Origin: Heteronotia binoei
Lineage: Eukaryota
Length of the DNA stretch: 64,000 nt
Reading direction: 5' to 3'
Assembly: GCF_032191835.1 (NCBI RefSeq)
Contig: NW_026800229.1
Location: 310,001-374,000, forward strand
The position numbers were made by a program, and so were the translations under genes. Shown piece after piece: positions 31,550 to 42,849 of the stretch. The notes under the pieces are model-generated. The model was not told where the DNA came from and searched no databases. It saw only the letters and a program-made list of their open reading frames with translations. The number at the start of each line of letters is the position of its first letter. Position 1 is the stretch's first letter.

Positions 31550-34500
31550 CTGACCCAAGGCCATTTCAGCAGCTGCAAGTGGAGGAGGAAGGAATCAAAC
31601 ACGGTTCTCCCAGATAAGAGAGCTCTGGCTGACCCAAGGCCATTCCAGCAGCTGCAAGTGGAGGAGGAGGGAATCAGACTCGGTTCTCCCAGATAAGAGA
31701 GCTATGGCTGACCCAAGGCCATTCCAGCAGCTCCAAGTGGAGGAGTGGGGAATCAAACCTAGTTCTCCCAGATAAGAGAGTTCTGGCTGACCCAAGGCCA
31801 TTCCAGCAGCTCCAAGTGGAGGATTTTCCCGAGGGGCCTTGGGGAAGGGGCTTTAGCAGGGGCGGGTGGGGGGGAGCTGGCAGGGACAACCAAGCACAAA
31901 GACTGCAGTGGTGGGAGGCCAGGAGGGCAGATGGAGGCAGGAAGAAGAAGAAGATGATGACAACTGCAGAATTATACCCCGGCCTTCTCTTTGAATCAGA
32001 GTCTCAGAGTGGCTTACAATCTCCTTTATCTCCTTCCCCCACAACAGACAACTCCAGTGATAGCTCTGGCTGGCTCAAGGCCATTCCAGCAGCTGCAAGT
32101 GGAAGAGGGGGGGAATCAAACCCGGTTCTCGCAGATAAGAGAGCTATGGCTGACCCAAGGCCATTCCAGCAGGTACAAGTGGAGGTGTGGGAACCAAACC
32201 TGAGTCTCCCAGATACGAGAGCTCTGCCTGACCCAAGGCCATTTCAGCAGCTGCAAGTGGAGGAGGAAGGAATCAAACACGGTTCTCCCAGATAAGAGAG
32301 CTATGGCTGACCCAAGGCCATTCCAGCAGGTGAAAGTGGAGGAGGGGGGAATCAAACCCGGTTCTCCCAGATAAGAGAGCTCTGGCTGACCCAAGGGCAT
32401 TCCAGCAGCTCCAAGTGGAGGAGTGGGGAATCAAACCTAGTTCTCCCAGATAAGAGAGTTCTGGCTGACCCAAGGCCATTCCAGCAGCTGCAAGTTGAGG
32501 AGTGGGGAATCAAACCCGGTTCTCCCAGATAAGAGTCTACACACTTAACTACTGCGCCAAATTGGCTCTCACACCAAATTGGCCCTTTCAAGGACAATTC
32601 TTGCAAGACCTAGGGCTGACCCAAGGCCATTCCAGCAGGTGCAAGTGGAGGAGTGGAGAATCAAACCCGGTTCTCCGAGATAAGAAAGCTCTGGCTGACC
32701 CAAGGCCATTCCAGCAGGTGCAAGTGGAGGAGTGGAGAATTAAACCGGGTTCTCCCACATAAGAGAGCTCTGGCTGATCCAAGGCCATCCCAGCAGGTGC
32801 AAGTGAAGGAGTGGGGAATCAAACCCGATTCTCCCAGATAAGAGAGCTCTGGCTGACCCAAGGCCATTCCAGCAGCTCCAAGTGGAGGAGTGCAGAATTA
32901 AACCCGGTTCTCCCACATAAGAGAGCTCCGGCTGATCCAAAGCCATTCCAGCAGCACCAAGTGGATGAGTGGAGAATTAAACCCGGTTCTCCCAGATAAG
33001 AGAGCTCTGGCTGACCCAAGGCCATTCCAGCAGCTGCAAGTGGAGGAGTGGGAGAATCAAACCCGGTTCTCCCAAATAAGAGAGCTCTGGCTGACCCAAG
33101 GCCATTCCAGCAGCTGCAAGTGGAGGAGTGGGGAATCCATCCCGGTTCTCCCAGATAAGAGAGCTCTGGCTGACCCAAGGCCATTCCAGCAGGTGCAAGT
33201 GGAGGAGTGGGGAATCAAACCCGGTTCTCCCAGATAAGAGAGCTCTGGCTGACCCAAGGCCATTCCAGTAGCTGCAAGTGGAGGAGTGGCGAATCAAACC
33301 CGGTTCTCCCAGATAAGATAGCTCTGACTGACCCAAGGCCATTCCAGCAGCTGCAAGTGGTGGAGTGGGGAATCAAACCCGGTTCTCCCAGATAAGTGAG
33401 CTCTGGGTGACCCAAGGCCATCCCAGCAGTTGCAAGTGAAAGAGTGGGGAATCAAACCCGATTCTCCCAGATAAGAGAGCTCTGGCTGACCCAAGGCCAT
33501 CCTAGCAGCTGCAAGTGGAGGAGTGGAGAATTAAACCCGGTTCTCCCAGATAAGAGAGCTCTGGCTGACCCAAGGCCATTCCAGGAGCTCAAAGCGGAGG
33601 AGTGGAGAATTAAACCCGGTTCTCCCAGATAAGAGAGCTCTGGCTGACCCAAGGCCATTCCAGCAGGTGCAAGTGGAGGAGTGGGGAATCCAACCCGGTT
33701 CTCCCAGATAAGAGAGCTCTGGCTGCCCCAAGGCCATTCCATCAGCTGCAAATGGGGGAGTGGGGAATCAGACCCGGTTCTACCAGATAAGAGAGCTCAG
33801 GCTGACCCAAGGCCATTCCAGCAGTTGCAAGTGGAGGAGCGGGGAATCAAATCCAGTTTCCCCAGATAAGAGAGCTTTGGCTGCCCCAAGGCCATTCCAG
33901 CAGCTGCAAGTGGAGGAGTGGGGAATCAAACCCGGTTCTCCGAGAGAAGAGAGCTCTGGCTGACCAAGGCCATTCCAGCAGTTGCAAGTGGAGGAGCGGG
34001 GAATCCATCCCGGTTCTCCCAGATAAGAGACCTCTGGCTGACCCAAAGCCATTCCAGCAGGTGCAAGTGGAGGAGTGGGGAATCAAACCTGGTTCTCCCA
34101 GATATTAGAGCTCTGGCTGACCCAATGCCATTCCAGCAGCTGCAAGTGGAGGAGTGGGGAATCAAACCCGGTTCTCCCAGATAAGTGAGCTCTGGGTGAC
34201 CCAAGGCCATTCCAGCAGCTGCAAGTGGAGGAGTGGGGAATCAAACCCGGTTCCCCCAGATAAGAGAGCTCTGGCTGACCCAAGCCCATTCCAGGAGCTG
34301 CAAGTGGAGGAGTGGGGAATCAAACCCGAGTCTCCCAGATAAGAGCGCTCTGGCTGTCCCAAGGCCATTCCAGCAGCTGCAAGTGGAGGAGTGGGAAACC
34401 AAACCTGAGTCTCCCAGATAAGAGAGCTCTGGCTGACCCAAGGTCATTCCAGCAGGTGCAAGTGGAGGAGTGGGGAATCAAACCTGGTTCTCCCAGATAA

Positions 34501-35165
34501 GAGAGCTCTGGCTGACCCAAGGCCATTCCAGCAGCTTCAAGTGGAGGAGTGGGGAATCCATCCCGGTTCTCCCAGATAAGAGAGCTCTGGCTTACCAAAG
34601 GCCATTCCAGCAGGTGCAAGTGGAGGAGTGGGGAATCAAACCTGGTTCTCCCAGATAAGAGAGCTGGGGTGACCCAAGGCCATTCCAGCAGCTGCAAGTG
34701 GAGGAGTGGGGAATCAAACCCAGTTCTCCGAGATAAGGGAGCTCTGACTGACCCAAGGCCATTCCATCAGCTGCAAGTGGTGGAGTGGGGAATCAAACCC
34801 GGTTCTCCCAGATAAGTGAGCTCTGGGTGACCCAAGACCATATCAGCAGGTGCAAGTGAAGGAGTGGGGAATCAAACCCGATTCTCCCAGATAAGAGAGC
34901 TCTGGCTGACCCAAGGCCATTCCAGCAGCTCCAAGTGGAGGAGTGGAGAATTAAATCCAGTTCTCCCAGATAAGAGAGCTCTGGCTGACCCAAGGCCATC
35001 CTAGCAGCTGCAAGTGGAGAAGTGGAGAATTAAACCTGGTTCTCCCAGATAAGAGAGCTCTGGCTGACCCAAGGCCATTCCAGCAGGTGCAAGTGGAGGA
35101 GTGGGATATCAGACCCAGTTCTTCCAGACAAGAGTCCGCACACTTAACCACTGCACCAAACTGGC
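31550..35165 (-). repeat. 79-bp Squam3-derived array (roughly 40 units, two SINE heads)
   Basis: Reverse complement of the 79-bp unit. SINE heads at ~32530-32580 and ~35125-35165. Non-array interruption at ~31820-32080. Confidence 0.95.
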
Positions 35166-35556
35166 ACTGGATAGGTAGAAATGTCAACCTATGGTGTGGC
35201 TCCTGTGAAAAAGGCAAAGTCTATGCTGGTCACAGTTAGAACAGGAACAGACTGACCCTTCCCAGCACCCCCCCCCCCCCGCCCCAGCCTTCCCTCCTAG
35301 GTCTTCTTGGTCTCCAGGCTCCACCCTCCTGCCCCAGACTGAATTCTTGATCTTCATCCCCTGCTTTCTTTTCCTCCCCACAGAATAACCCCCGTGGAGA
35401 AACGCCTTCTATCCTACTGAACACTTCTTCATCTGTGTCTCAGGATCCTGAGTTACTGTTAAGGATCTCTCTCCTCCATCTCCTCCCTCCCACCGAGATT
35501 TATGCTCTTGGCATGGCAGACCTGGGCATGCCAGACCTGACACAGGGACGGATGGG

Positions 35557-35852
35557 CAGGGCCGGTGCGTGGGATTAGGCACGGTAGGTGACTGCCTAGA
35601 GCACTACCCCACCTGGGGGTGCTCCTGACTTCTCTTGCACCTCCCCCGAGTGGAAGGTGCCGTTCAGCCGCTGCGCTCTGTGAAGCCTCTGAAGAGCGCG
35701 GTGTTTTAGCGGCGCCCAGCCAATTTCGGGTTGAAAGCAGCTGAGCGGCGCCTTCCCATAAAGGCGTGAAAAAAATTATGAAAGGGAGATGTGGGGGGGG
35801 GGGGCGGCTCAGGAGTCTGCTGTTAGTGGCAGAACCTCTAGTGCCAGGACTG
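35557..35852. mobile_element. hAT-type element specific to copy B
   Basis: CAGGGCCGG...CCAGGACTG ends. TSD CGGATGGG/CTGATGGG. Empty site CTGACGGG in A (~25437). Confidence 0.7.
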
Positions 35853-36857
35853 CTGATGGGGCCGCACATTTCAGAAGCCCCAGCAGACAATGTGCTCCTT
35901 TGCCTTCTTCCATCTTCCTCCCCGCCCCCCCCAGTGCCCCCCAGGATCTGGAGCACTGAGCCACAACTCTGGGGCCTGCATGCTTCCTTATGGCCAGACG
36001 CAAACATGGCTCAGCTGGGAGAAGGGCAAGAGAACCACACATCTTACGTCATACACACCATGGTGCGTTGTGGTGGTTTCCATAACCTCACTCCTTGCCA
36101 CACTTCAAATTAGCTGAGCACCCTGGCTCTCTTGTCAGGGGCAAGCGCTCCCCCAGAGAACAGGTGTCTTTTGGCCCCAGGTGTCTCTCCCCTTGATGGC
36201 CACCCCCCCCCCCCGCTGTCATCAGCTCAGCCAGCTAATTGGCCTGTGGCAGGTTCCTGGTTGGTCCCCAAGGGCCCTCTGGCTCCGGGCACAAATGCCG
36301 CCTCCTGCAGGGGGAGGCCTGGCCTTGTCTCTCCCCCCCCCCATCACTGAGCAGGAAGGACGAGAGATGTCGGCAGTGGTGAGTGAGGAGGGCAGACAGC
36401 AGGCAGCACCAGCCTTTGGGCACTGGGCCTCACAGGAGTCCTGGGTGGGAAGGAACCCGTGCGGGGGGGGGGATTGGGAGGGACCCTGCGGCAGACCCAA
36501 AGTTGCCTGAGGTGGGAAGGGGGGGCGGGGCTCATTCTTTGCCTTGGGAAAGACGCCTTTCCGCAGCACTCTCTCTCTCTGTCTCCTCTGTTATTTGCAA
36601 AATACTTGGTTTTGCATGCAAGAACACAATAAAACATTCCGGTTGCATTGGTGTTTTTTTTTAAATGATCTTATTTTCTGGTTCCCACTGTTGCTGAGTG
36701 TTTGGAAAATTGCTCAGCTCATTATTATTATTTTCTTGCTGGCTTCAGTCTTATGGTGACAAATACTTCTCTAGATCCATCTTGATATCATTTTTTTTAA
36801 GTTGGAAGGCGCCTCAGAAGCAGATCTGCAGAAAGTTCAGCTGTAAATATATATACG

Positions 36858-37640
36858 GTGAGGGGTCTGGAGAAAAAGTCCTATGGAGAAAGGTTGAAGG
36901 AGCTGGGGATGTTTAGCCTGGAGAGGAGGTGGCTGAGAGGTGATAGGATCACCATCTTCAAGTCCTTGAAGGGATGTCCTAGAGAGGATGGGGTGGAATT
37001 GTTTTCTGTGGACCCAGAAGGTAGGACTAGAACTAGTGGGTTGAAATTAAATCAAAAGAGTTTCCGGCTCAACATTTGGAAGAACTTCCTGACTGTAAGA
37101 GCAATTCCTCAGTGTAACAGGCTTCCTCTGTTATTTGCAAAAGAGAGCCAGTTTGGTGTAGTGGGAGAGCCAGTTTGGTGTAGTGGTTAAGTGTGCGGAC
37201 TCTTATCTGGGAGAACCGGGTTTGATTCCCCACTCCTCCACTTGCACCTGCTAGCATGGCCTTGGGTCAGCCATAGCTGTGGCAGAAGTTGTCCTTGAAA
37301 GGGCAGCTGCTGTGAGAGCCCTCTCAGCCCCATCCACCTCACAGGGTGTCTGTTGTGGGGGAGGAAGGTAAAGGAGATTGTGAGCCGCTCTGAGACTCTT
37401 TGGAGTGGAGGGCGGGATATAAATCCAATATCTTCTTCTTCTTCTTCTTCTTCTTCCTCCTTGGGAGGTGGTGGGCTCTCCTTTCTTGGAGGTTTTTAAG
37501 CAGAGGCTGGAGGGCCATCTGACAGCAAGGCGGATCCTGTGAATTTAGGGGGGGAGGGCAGTATTTGTGAATTTCCCTCATTGTGCAGGGGGTTGGACTA
37601 GATGACCCTGGAGATCTCTTCCAACTCTAGGATTCTATGA
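36858..37640 (+). mobile_element. CR1 3' fragment (paralog of 26640) interrupted by a SINE
   Basis: Same CR1 translation as 26640-27080, split at ~37127. Confidence 0.8.
37143..37456 (+). mobile_element. Full-length Squam3-like SINE (parent structure of the 79-bp arrays), B-specific
   Basis: A box TGGTGTAGTGG, B-box variant GGTTTGATTCC, 22-bp head duplication, (CTT)n tail. Confidence 0.85.
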
Positions 37641-38969
37641 TATATTTAAATAGAACTTTTACACTGAAAGGCAGCTGTCATAAAATTTGGTGCAGTGTTT
37701 TATAAAGAGACCTAAGAGTGATAGAAGCAGGGGTCGTTCTGTAGAAAAACAGGTGGTGGAGCTCATTAGCTTAACTCATTATCATATGCTCCCTGCACCT
37801 GCCAAAAGCAACCCAATGCAAGAGAGGAGAGTCTCGGGTGAGCGAGGCCTGCTTGCGCTAGAGATCCAGCCGGCCTAAGCAGGCCTCGCTCTCCTGGGGC
37901 TCTCCTTGGCCACCCCCCTCCCCGCAGTCAAAAGGCCAACAAGCCACCCAGCACCCAAAATCACATAAGAAGTGGAGAAAGAGTGGCCTGGGCTTCTCTA
38001 GGGGTACATGAGGGCTGCTGGGGGTGTGGCAGAGCCCCTGGTGGCTGGCTGGCTGCCCGCTCTCCTAATCCAGGGATTGTTATGCAGCTGCACCTCCTAT
38101 TCAATGGACAAGGTAGGTAGGTGGGGAGGAGGGGAGGGCATCAGAAAGGTTCAGGAGCTGTGCTCCTGTGAGCTCCTGATGAATCTGAGGCCTGGATAGA
38201 AAGAAGTCTTTCTTCCCATTTCCTTTTTGTGCTGCCAAGTCACAGCTGACTTGTGGTGGTGACCAGTTTTCCCTCTCAGCTGAGTGAGCGTGAGCTGGCT
38301 CACAGATTTTTAGCCTCCAGCTCACACATTTGTGTCTTCGCTCAGGAAGGAGGGCCCCAGAGCACACTCATGGATGCAGGAGCTCACAGCTCTAAGGCCA
38401 GGAGCTCACAAAGGAGAATTTTTGCTCACAAGACTCTGCAGGTTGTTGTGGGATATTCAGAACCAGCCTCTTTGCTCTTCTGCTGCCCTTTCAAGCAGTC
38501 CATTTGGGGATGGAGGAGACATCACCAACAGGATAGTCCGATCCCATTGAGGGTTAAGGAGAGCCCTTTGAATTCCTCAGTCATGATCATGATTGTCTGT
38601 TAAAAGCAGGAGTCGTTTAAGAGAAAAAGAGGTGCCAGAGCTCATTAACACAACCCACTGCAAATGCCCCACATACCCCTGACATCACCTGAAGGTGGAC
38701 TAAATTCTATCAGCTCAGCATCTACTTCCAAATGCTTCTTGAACTAGAATTGTCATAACAAAACCTTCCTCCCGTCATACTTTTAAAATCACTTCCTCCT
38801 CGGTGGCCACAGTGGCAGGGTGAAGGTTTCCATCTGTCTGCTTTAGATGTTTTAGTTATTTCCCCATTTTTTGTGGGGAAAAACATTAGAAAGTTTGTCA
38901 GATCTTAGAGTGCAGCAAGATTATGACTATTATTATTTATTACATTTATGAATCGCATCATTCCGGCCA

Positions 38970-39165
38970 ATGGGGAGGGACGGTGGCTCAGTGGTAGAGC
39001 ATCTGCTTGGGAAGCAGAAGGTCCCAGTTCAATCCCCGGCATCTGCAAAAAACGGTCCAGGCAAATAGGTGTGAAAAACCTCAGCTTGAGAACCTGGCGA
39101 GAAGACAATACTGACTTTGATGGACCAAGGGTCTGATTCAGTATAAGGCAGTTTCATATGTTCAT
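38970..39165 (+). mobile_element. tRNA-derived SINE with CR1-like tail
   Basis: TGGCTCAGTGG A box, GTTCAATCC B box, tail GGTCTGATTCAGTATAAGGCAG. Relatives at 47255, 53925, 62705 and 62950. Confidence 0.7.
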
Positions 39166-39384
39166 ATAAGAACATAAGAACATAAGAGAAGCCATGTTGG
39201 ATCAGGCCAACGGCCCATCAAGTCCAACACTCTGTGTCACACAGTGGCAAAAAATTTTATATACACACATACACTGTGGCTAATAGCCACTGATGGACCC
39301 GTGCTCCATATTTTTATCTAAACCCTTCTTGAAGGTGGCTATACTTCTTCAATATATATGTTCAATCCTGGGCTCTAGGCGATG

Positions 39385-39418
<34 letters not shown>

Positions 39419-39529
39419 TTTTATTTGTGGTGGCGGCCATAAGCATAGACACCTTCAAGAGGGGTTTATATAAAAATATGGAGCAGAGGTCCATCAGTGG
39501 CTGTTAGCCACAGTGTGTGTGTGTGTGTT

Positions 39530-39895
39530 TTGGCCACTGTGTGACACAGAGTGTTGGACTGGATGGGTCATTGGCCATATCCAACATGGCTTCTCTTATG
39601 TTCTTATGTGACACAGAGTGTTGGACTGGAGGGGCCATTGGCCATATCCAACATGGCTTCTCTTATGTGACACAGAGCGTTGGAATGGAGGGGCCGTTGG
39701 CCTGATCCAACATGGCTTCTCGTATGTTCTTATGTGACACAGAGTGTTGGACTGGAGGGGCCATTGGCCTGATCCAAGAGGGCTTCTCTTATGTTCTTAT
39801 GTGACACAGAGTGTTGGACTGGAGGGGCCACTGGCCTGATCCAGCAGGCTTCTCTTATGTTCTTATGTGGCACAGAGTGTTGGACTGTAGGGGCC
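39530..39895 (+). repeat. 67-bp CR1 3'-end tandem array (~5 units)
   Basis: Repeats of GTGACACAGAGTGTTGGACTGGAGGGGCCATTGGCCTGATCCAACATGGCTTCTCTTATGTTCTTAT. Confidence 0.9.
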
Positions 39896-39960
39896 TGTGG
39901 AGTGTTGGACTGTAGAGAGAAGACATGACTGAGAGTTCTTAAGACAAAAACGAATTGTGG

Positions 39961-40495
39961 AAGAACATAAGAGAAGCCCTGTTGGATCAGGCCAATGGTC
40001 CCTCCAGTCCAACACTCTGTGTCACATAATAACATAAGAGAATCCCTGTTGGATCAGGCCAATGGCCCCTCCAGTCCAACACTCTGTGTCACAGAAGAAC
40101 ATAAGAGAAGTCCTGTTGGATCAGGCCAGTGGCCCATCCACTCCAACATCCTGTGTCACATAAGAACATAAGAGAAGCCCAGTTGGATCAGGCCAATGGT
40201 CCCTCCAGTCCAACCCTCTGTGTCACATAAGAACATAAGAGAAGCCCTGTTGGATCAGGCCAGTGGCCCCTCCAGTCCAACACTCTGTGTCACATAAGAA
40301 CATAAGAGAAGCCCTGTTGGATCAAGCCAATGGCCCCTCCAGTCCAACACTCTGTGTCACATAAGAACATAAGAGAAGACCTGTTGGATCAAGCCAACGG
40401 CCCCTCCAGTCCAACACTCTGTGTCACATAAGAACATAAGAGAAGCCCTATTGGATCAGGCCAATGGTCCCTCCAGTCCAACACTCTGTGTCACA
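39961..40495 (-). repeat. 67-bp CR1 3'-end tandem array (~8 units), inverted relative to 39530-39895
   Basis: Unit CATAAGAACATAAGAGAAGCCCTGTTGGATCAGGCCAGTGGCCCCTCCAGTCCAACACTCTGTGTCA. Period 67 (40226 to 40293). Confidence 0.92.
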
Positions 40496-40816
40496 CAAGG
40501 GCTAAAAAAGAACGGAGGTTCATAAGTAGGGCTAGAAGCCCTTCCACTTTCCCCACCCCCAAGCACCAAGAGGTTAAGGTTCAAGGCCTCAAAGGCCAAA
40601 ACCAAAATCCTGTGATGTCCTCATGCTTTCATTAATCTGATCCACTTCATAGAAACACCATCATTGCAGCAGGTGTGAGGCTCACAACGGTTGTTATACA
40701 GGATCAAATAATCCGTCCCAACCCCTCCCACCCCCCACCCCCTCAGCTCCAGGATTAACGGGCACTTTCTGTATCTGTATCCGCAGGTGGTAACTGGGAG
40801 AAAGTCTGACTTCTCA

Positions 40817-41740
40817 ATGCCACTTGAGAACCACAGCTTTATCTTGTCAGGCTTCCCAGGCCTGGAAGACAAAGGCGTCTGGGTAGCCATCCCTTTCTGC
40901 TCCCTGTATGCAGCTGCCATCTTGGGGAACTGCATGGTTGTCCTTGTGATCGTGATGGTCCCAAGCCTCCACAAACCCATGTACTTTTTCCTCTCCATGC
41001 TGGCGGTGACGGAACTGGGGGTGTCCATATCTACGTTCCCCACAGTGCTGAGTGTCTTCCTGTTGGATGCCAGAGAGATTGGGATGGATGCCTGCCTGGC
41101 CCAGATGTTCTTCATCCACTCCTTTTCCGTCATGGACTCAGGAGTCCTCTGGGCCATGGCCTTTGACCGCTTCGTAGCCATCTACACCCCCCTGCAGTAT
41201 GCCACCGTCCTGACCAACTCCAGGATCGCCATGATAGGTTTGGGGATTGCTGTGAGGAGCATCGTCCTGGTACCCCCCTTACCCATTCTCCTCAGGAGGC
41301 TGCCATTTTGTAGACCTAACCTGCTAGCTCATCCCTACTGTTTGCACCCAAATTTAATCCGGCTTCCTTGTGCCGACATCACAGTGAACAGCAGATATGG
41401 TTTGTTGGTCGTACTCTTCACTTTTGGACTTGATTTCCTCTTTATTGTCCTCTCCTACGTTCTGATAGCCAAGACGGTGCTGGGCCTGGCCTCCAAGGAA
41501 GGGCGTCTGAAGGCCCTCAACCCCTGCATCTCCCACATCTGTGCCGTGGTTGTGTATTACACACCCTTGATCGGCTTATCCATTGCACATCGTTTTGGCA
41601 AGCACGCTTCTCCTCTTCTGCACACCCTCATGGCCCATATCTACCTCCTGGTCCCCCCAGTCCTGAACCCCCTCATCTACAGCATCAAGACCAGGGAGAT
41701 CCGCCACGCCCTCCACCAGTTTTTCTTTCAGAAGTTCTAA
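40817..41740 (+). CDS. Class I olfactory receptor, OR51-like (307 aa from ATG 40817), receptor 3, duplicate of receptor 2
   Basis: NHS glycosylation site and the same OR motifs as receptor 2. In-frame acceptor CCGCAG at 40786. Confidence 0.93.
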   Translation: MPLENHSFILSGFPGLEDKGVWVAIPFCSLYAAAILGNCMVVLVIVMVPSLHKPMYFFLSMLAVTELGVSISTFPTVLSVFLLDAREIGMDACLAQMFFIHSFSVMDSGVLWAMAFDRFVAIYTPLQYATVLTNSRIAMIGLGIAVRSIVLVPPLPILLRRLPFCRPNLLAHPYCLHPNLIRLPCADITVNSRYGLLVVLFTFGLDFLFIVLSYVLIAKTVLGLASKEGRLKALNPCISHICAVVVYYTPLIGLSIAHRFGKHASPLLHTLMAHIYLLVPPVLNPLIYSIKTREIRHALHQFFFQKF

Positions 41741-42039
41741 TTCGGAATAGTTCAATGCAGTACTTTAAAAAAATATAATTTAACAGAGAGAAGACATGAC
41801 TTAGAGTGCTTAAGACAAAAAGGAATTGTGGAAGGCTTCAAGGATCCCTTCGAACTGGGGGAATGGGCATTAAACCCCCTCCCCCCCCCCCAAAAAAAAA
41901 AAACTGAAGTTAAATCTGAAGGCAGAACAAAGTGCACAGAAATCAGGGGATAACCCAAAGCAGAAGGGGGCCAGAAGTGATGGACAAAAACTAGGTGAGA
42001 AAGCCCCAAGAAAGGGACCTTTGGGTGGTAGTGGGTAGA

Positions 42040-42311
42040 AGAAGAAAAAGAAGACTGCAGATTTATACCCTGCCTTCTCTCTGACTCAGAGCAGCTCACA
42101 ATCTCCTTTACCTTCTTCCCCCACAACAGACACCCTGTGAGGTGGGTGGGGCTGAGAGAGCTCTGACAGAAGCTGCCCTTTCAAGGACAACTCCTAAGAG
42201 AGCTATGGCTGACCCAAGGCCATTCCAGCAGCTGCAAGTTGAGGAGGGGGGAAACCAACCCGGTTCTCCCAGATAAGAGTCCTCACACTTAACCACCACA
42301 CCAAACTGGCA
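42040..42311 (-). mobile_element. Single unexpanded Squam3-like SINE flanked by 60-bp direct repeats
   Basis: One copy of the 79-bp region. Repeats at 41979-42038 and 42321-42380 with about 6 mismatches. Confidence 0.8.
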
Positions 42312-42849
42312 TCCAGAACCGATGGACAAAGTCTATGTGAGAAAGCTCCAGGAAAGGGTCCTTTGGGTGGTAGTGGGTAGCTAGGCAGAGATGTCTCCTC
42401 AAGGTGTAACTCCTGTGGAAAAGGCAAAATCTATGCTGGCCATAATTGGAACAGGAATACAGACCAAAACTGCCACTGCTTTCCTGCTCTTTTGCAAATC
42501 TGTGATGTCACCACAGTGAGAACAGATGGGAGAGGCTTCTCGGTTCTGTGCAAAGTGCTGGGTGAAATCATCCCAGCCGGCCACCAAGCGGTCCACCTCC
42601 TCCTGCAGCCCGGAGCCCAGCAGGCCTCTTGACCACCCAGAAAGGCTCCTCCGGTCAACATGGGGCTGATGCAACGGAGGCAGGAGACGGCTGTGGTTCC
42701 TTTGCCGTCATCATCATCATCACCACTACCACAGAGAACTTTGCCTGGTCCTGCGGGTTGTGGCCAACATCTGCCTCTGCTGATGCTCCAGCCCCCTCCT
42801 GGTCTTTCCACTGACCAAAGCCCTTCCGGAATCCAAGGGGCTTTTTTGT

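Larger units (their letters stand above)
20916..42464 (+). repeat. Head-to-tail segmental duplication: copy A 20916-35247, copy B 35248-42459
   Basis: Collinear matches (20920-21310/35250-35505, 25450-27875/35860-38435, 29165-29700/38436-38917, 30310-31545/40700-41932, 35180-35250/42400-42464). CAGAC at 20916, 35248 and 42460. Confidence 0.9.

Noticed and set aside
38970-39055. tRNA genes here and at 47255, 53925 and 62705
   Set aside because: The anticodon region differs between copies and each continues into a shared SINE body and CR1-like tail.
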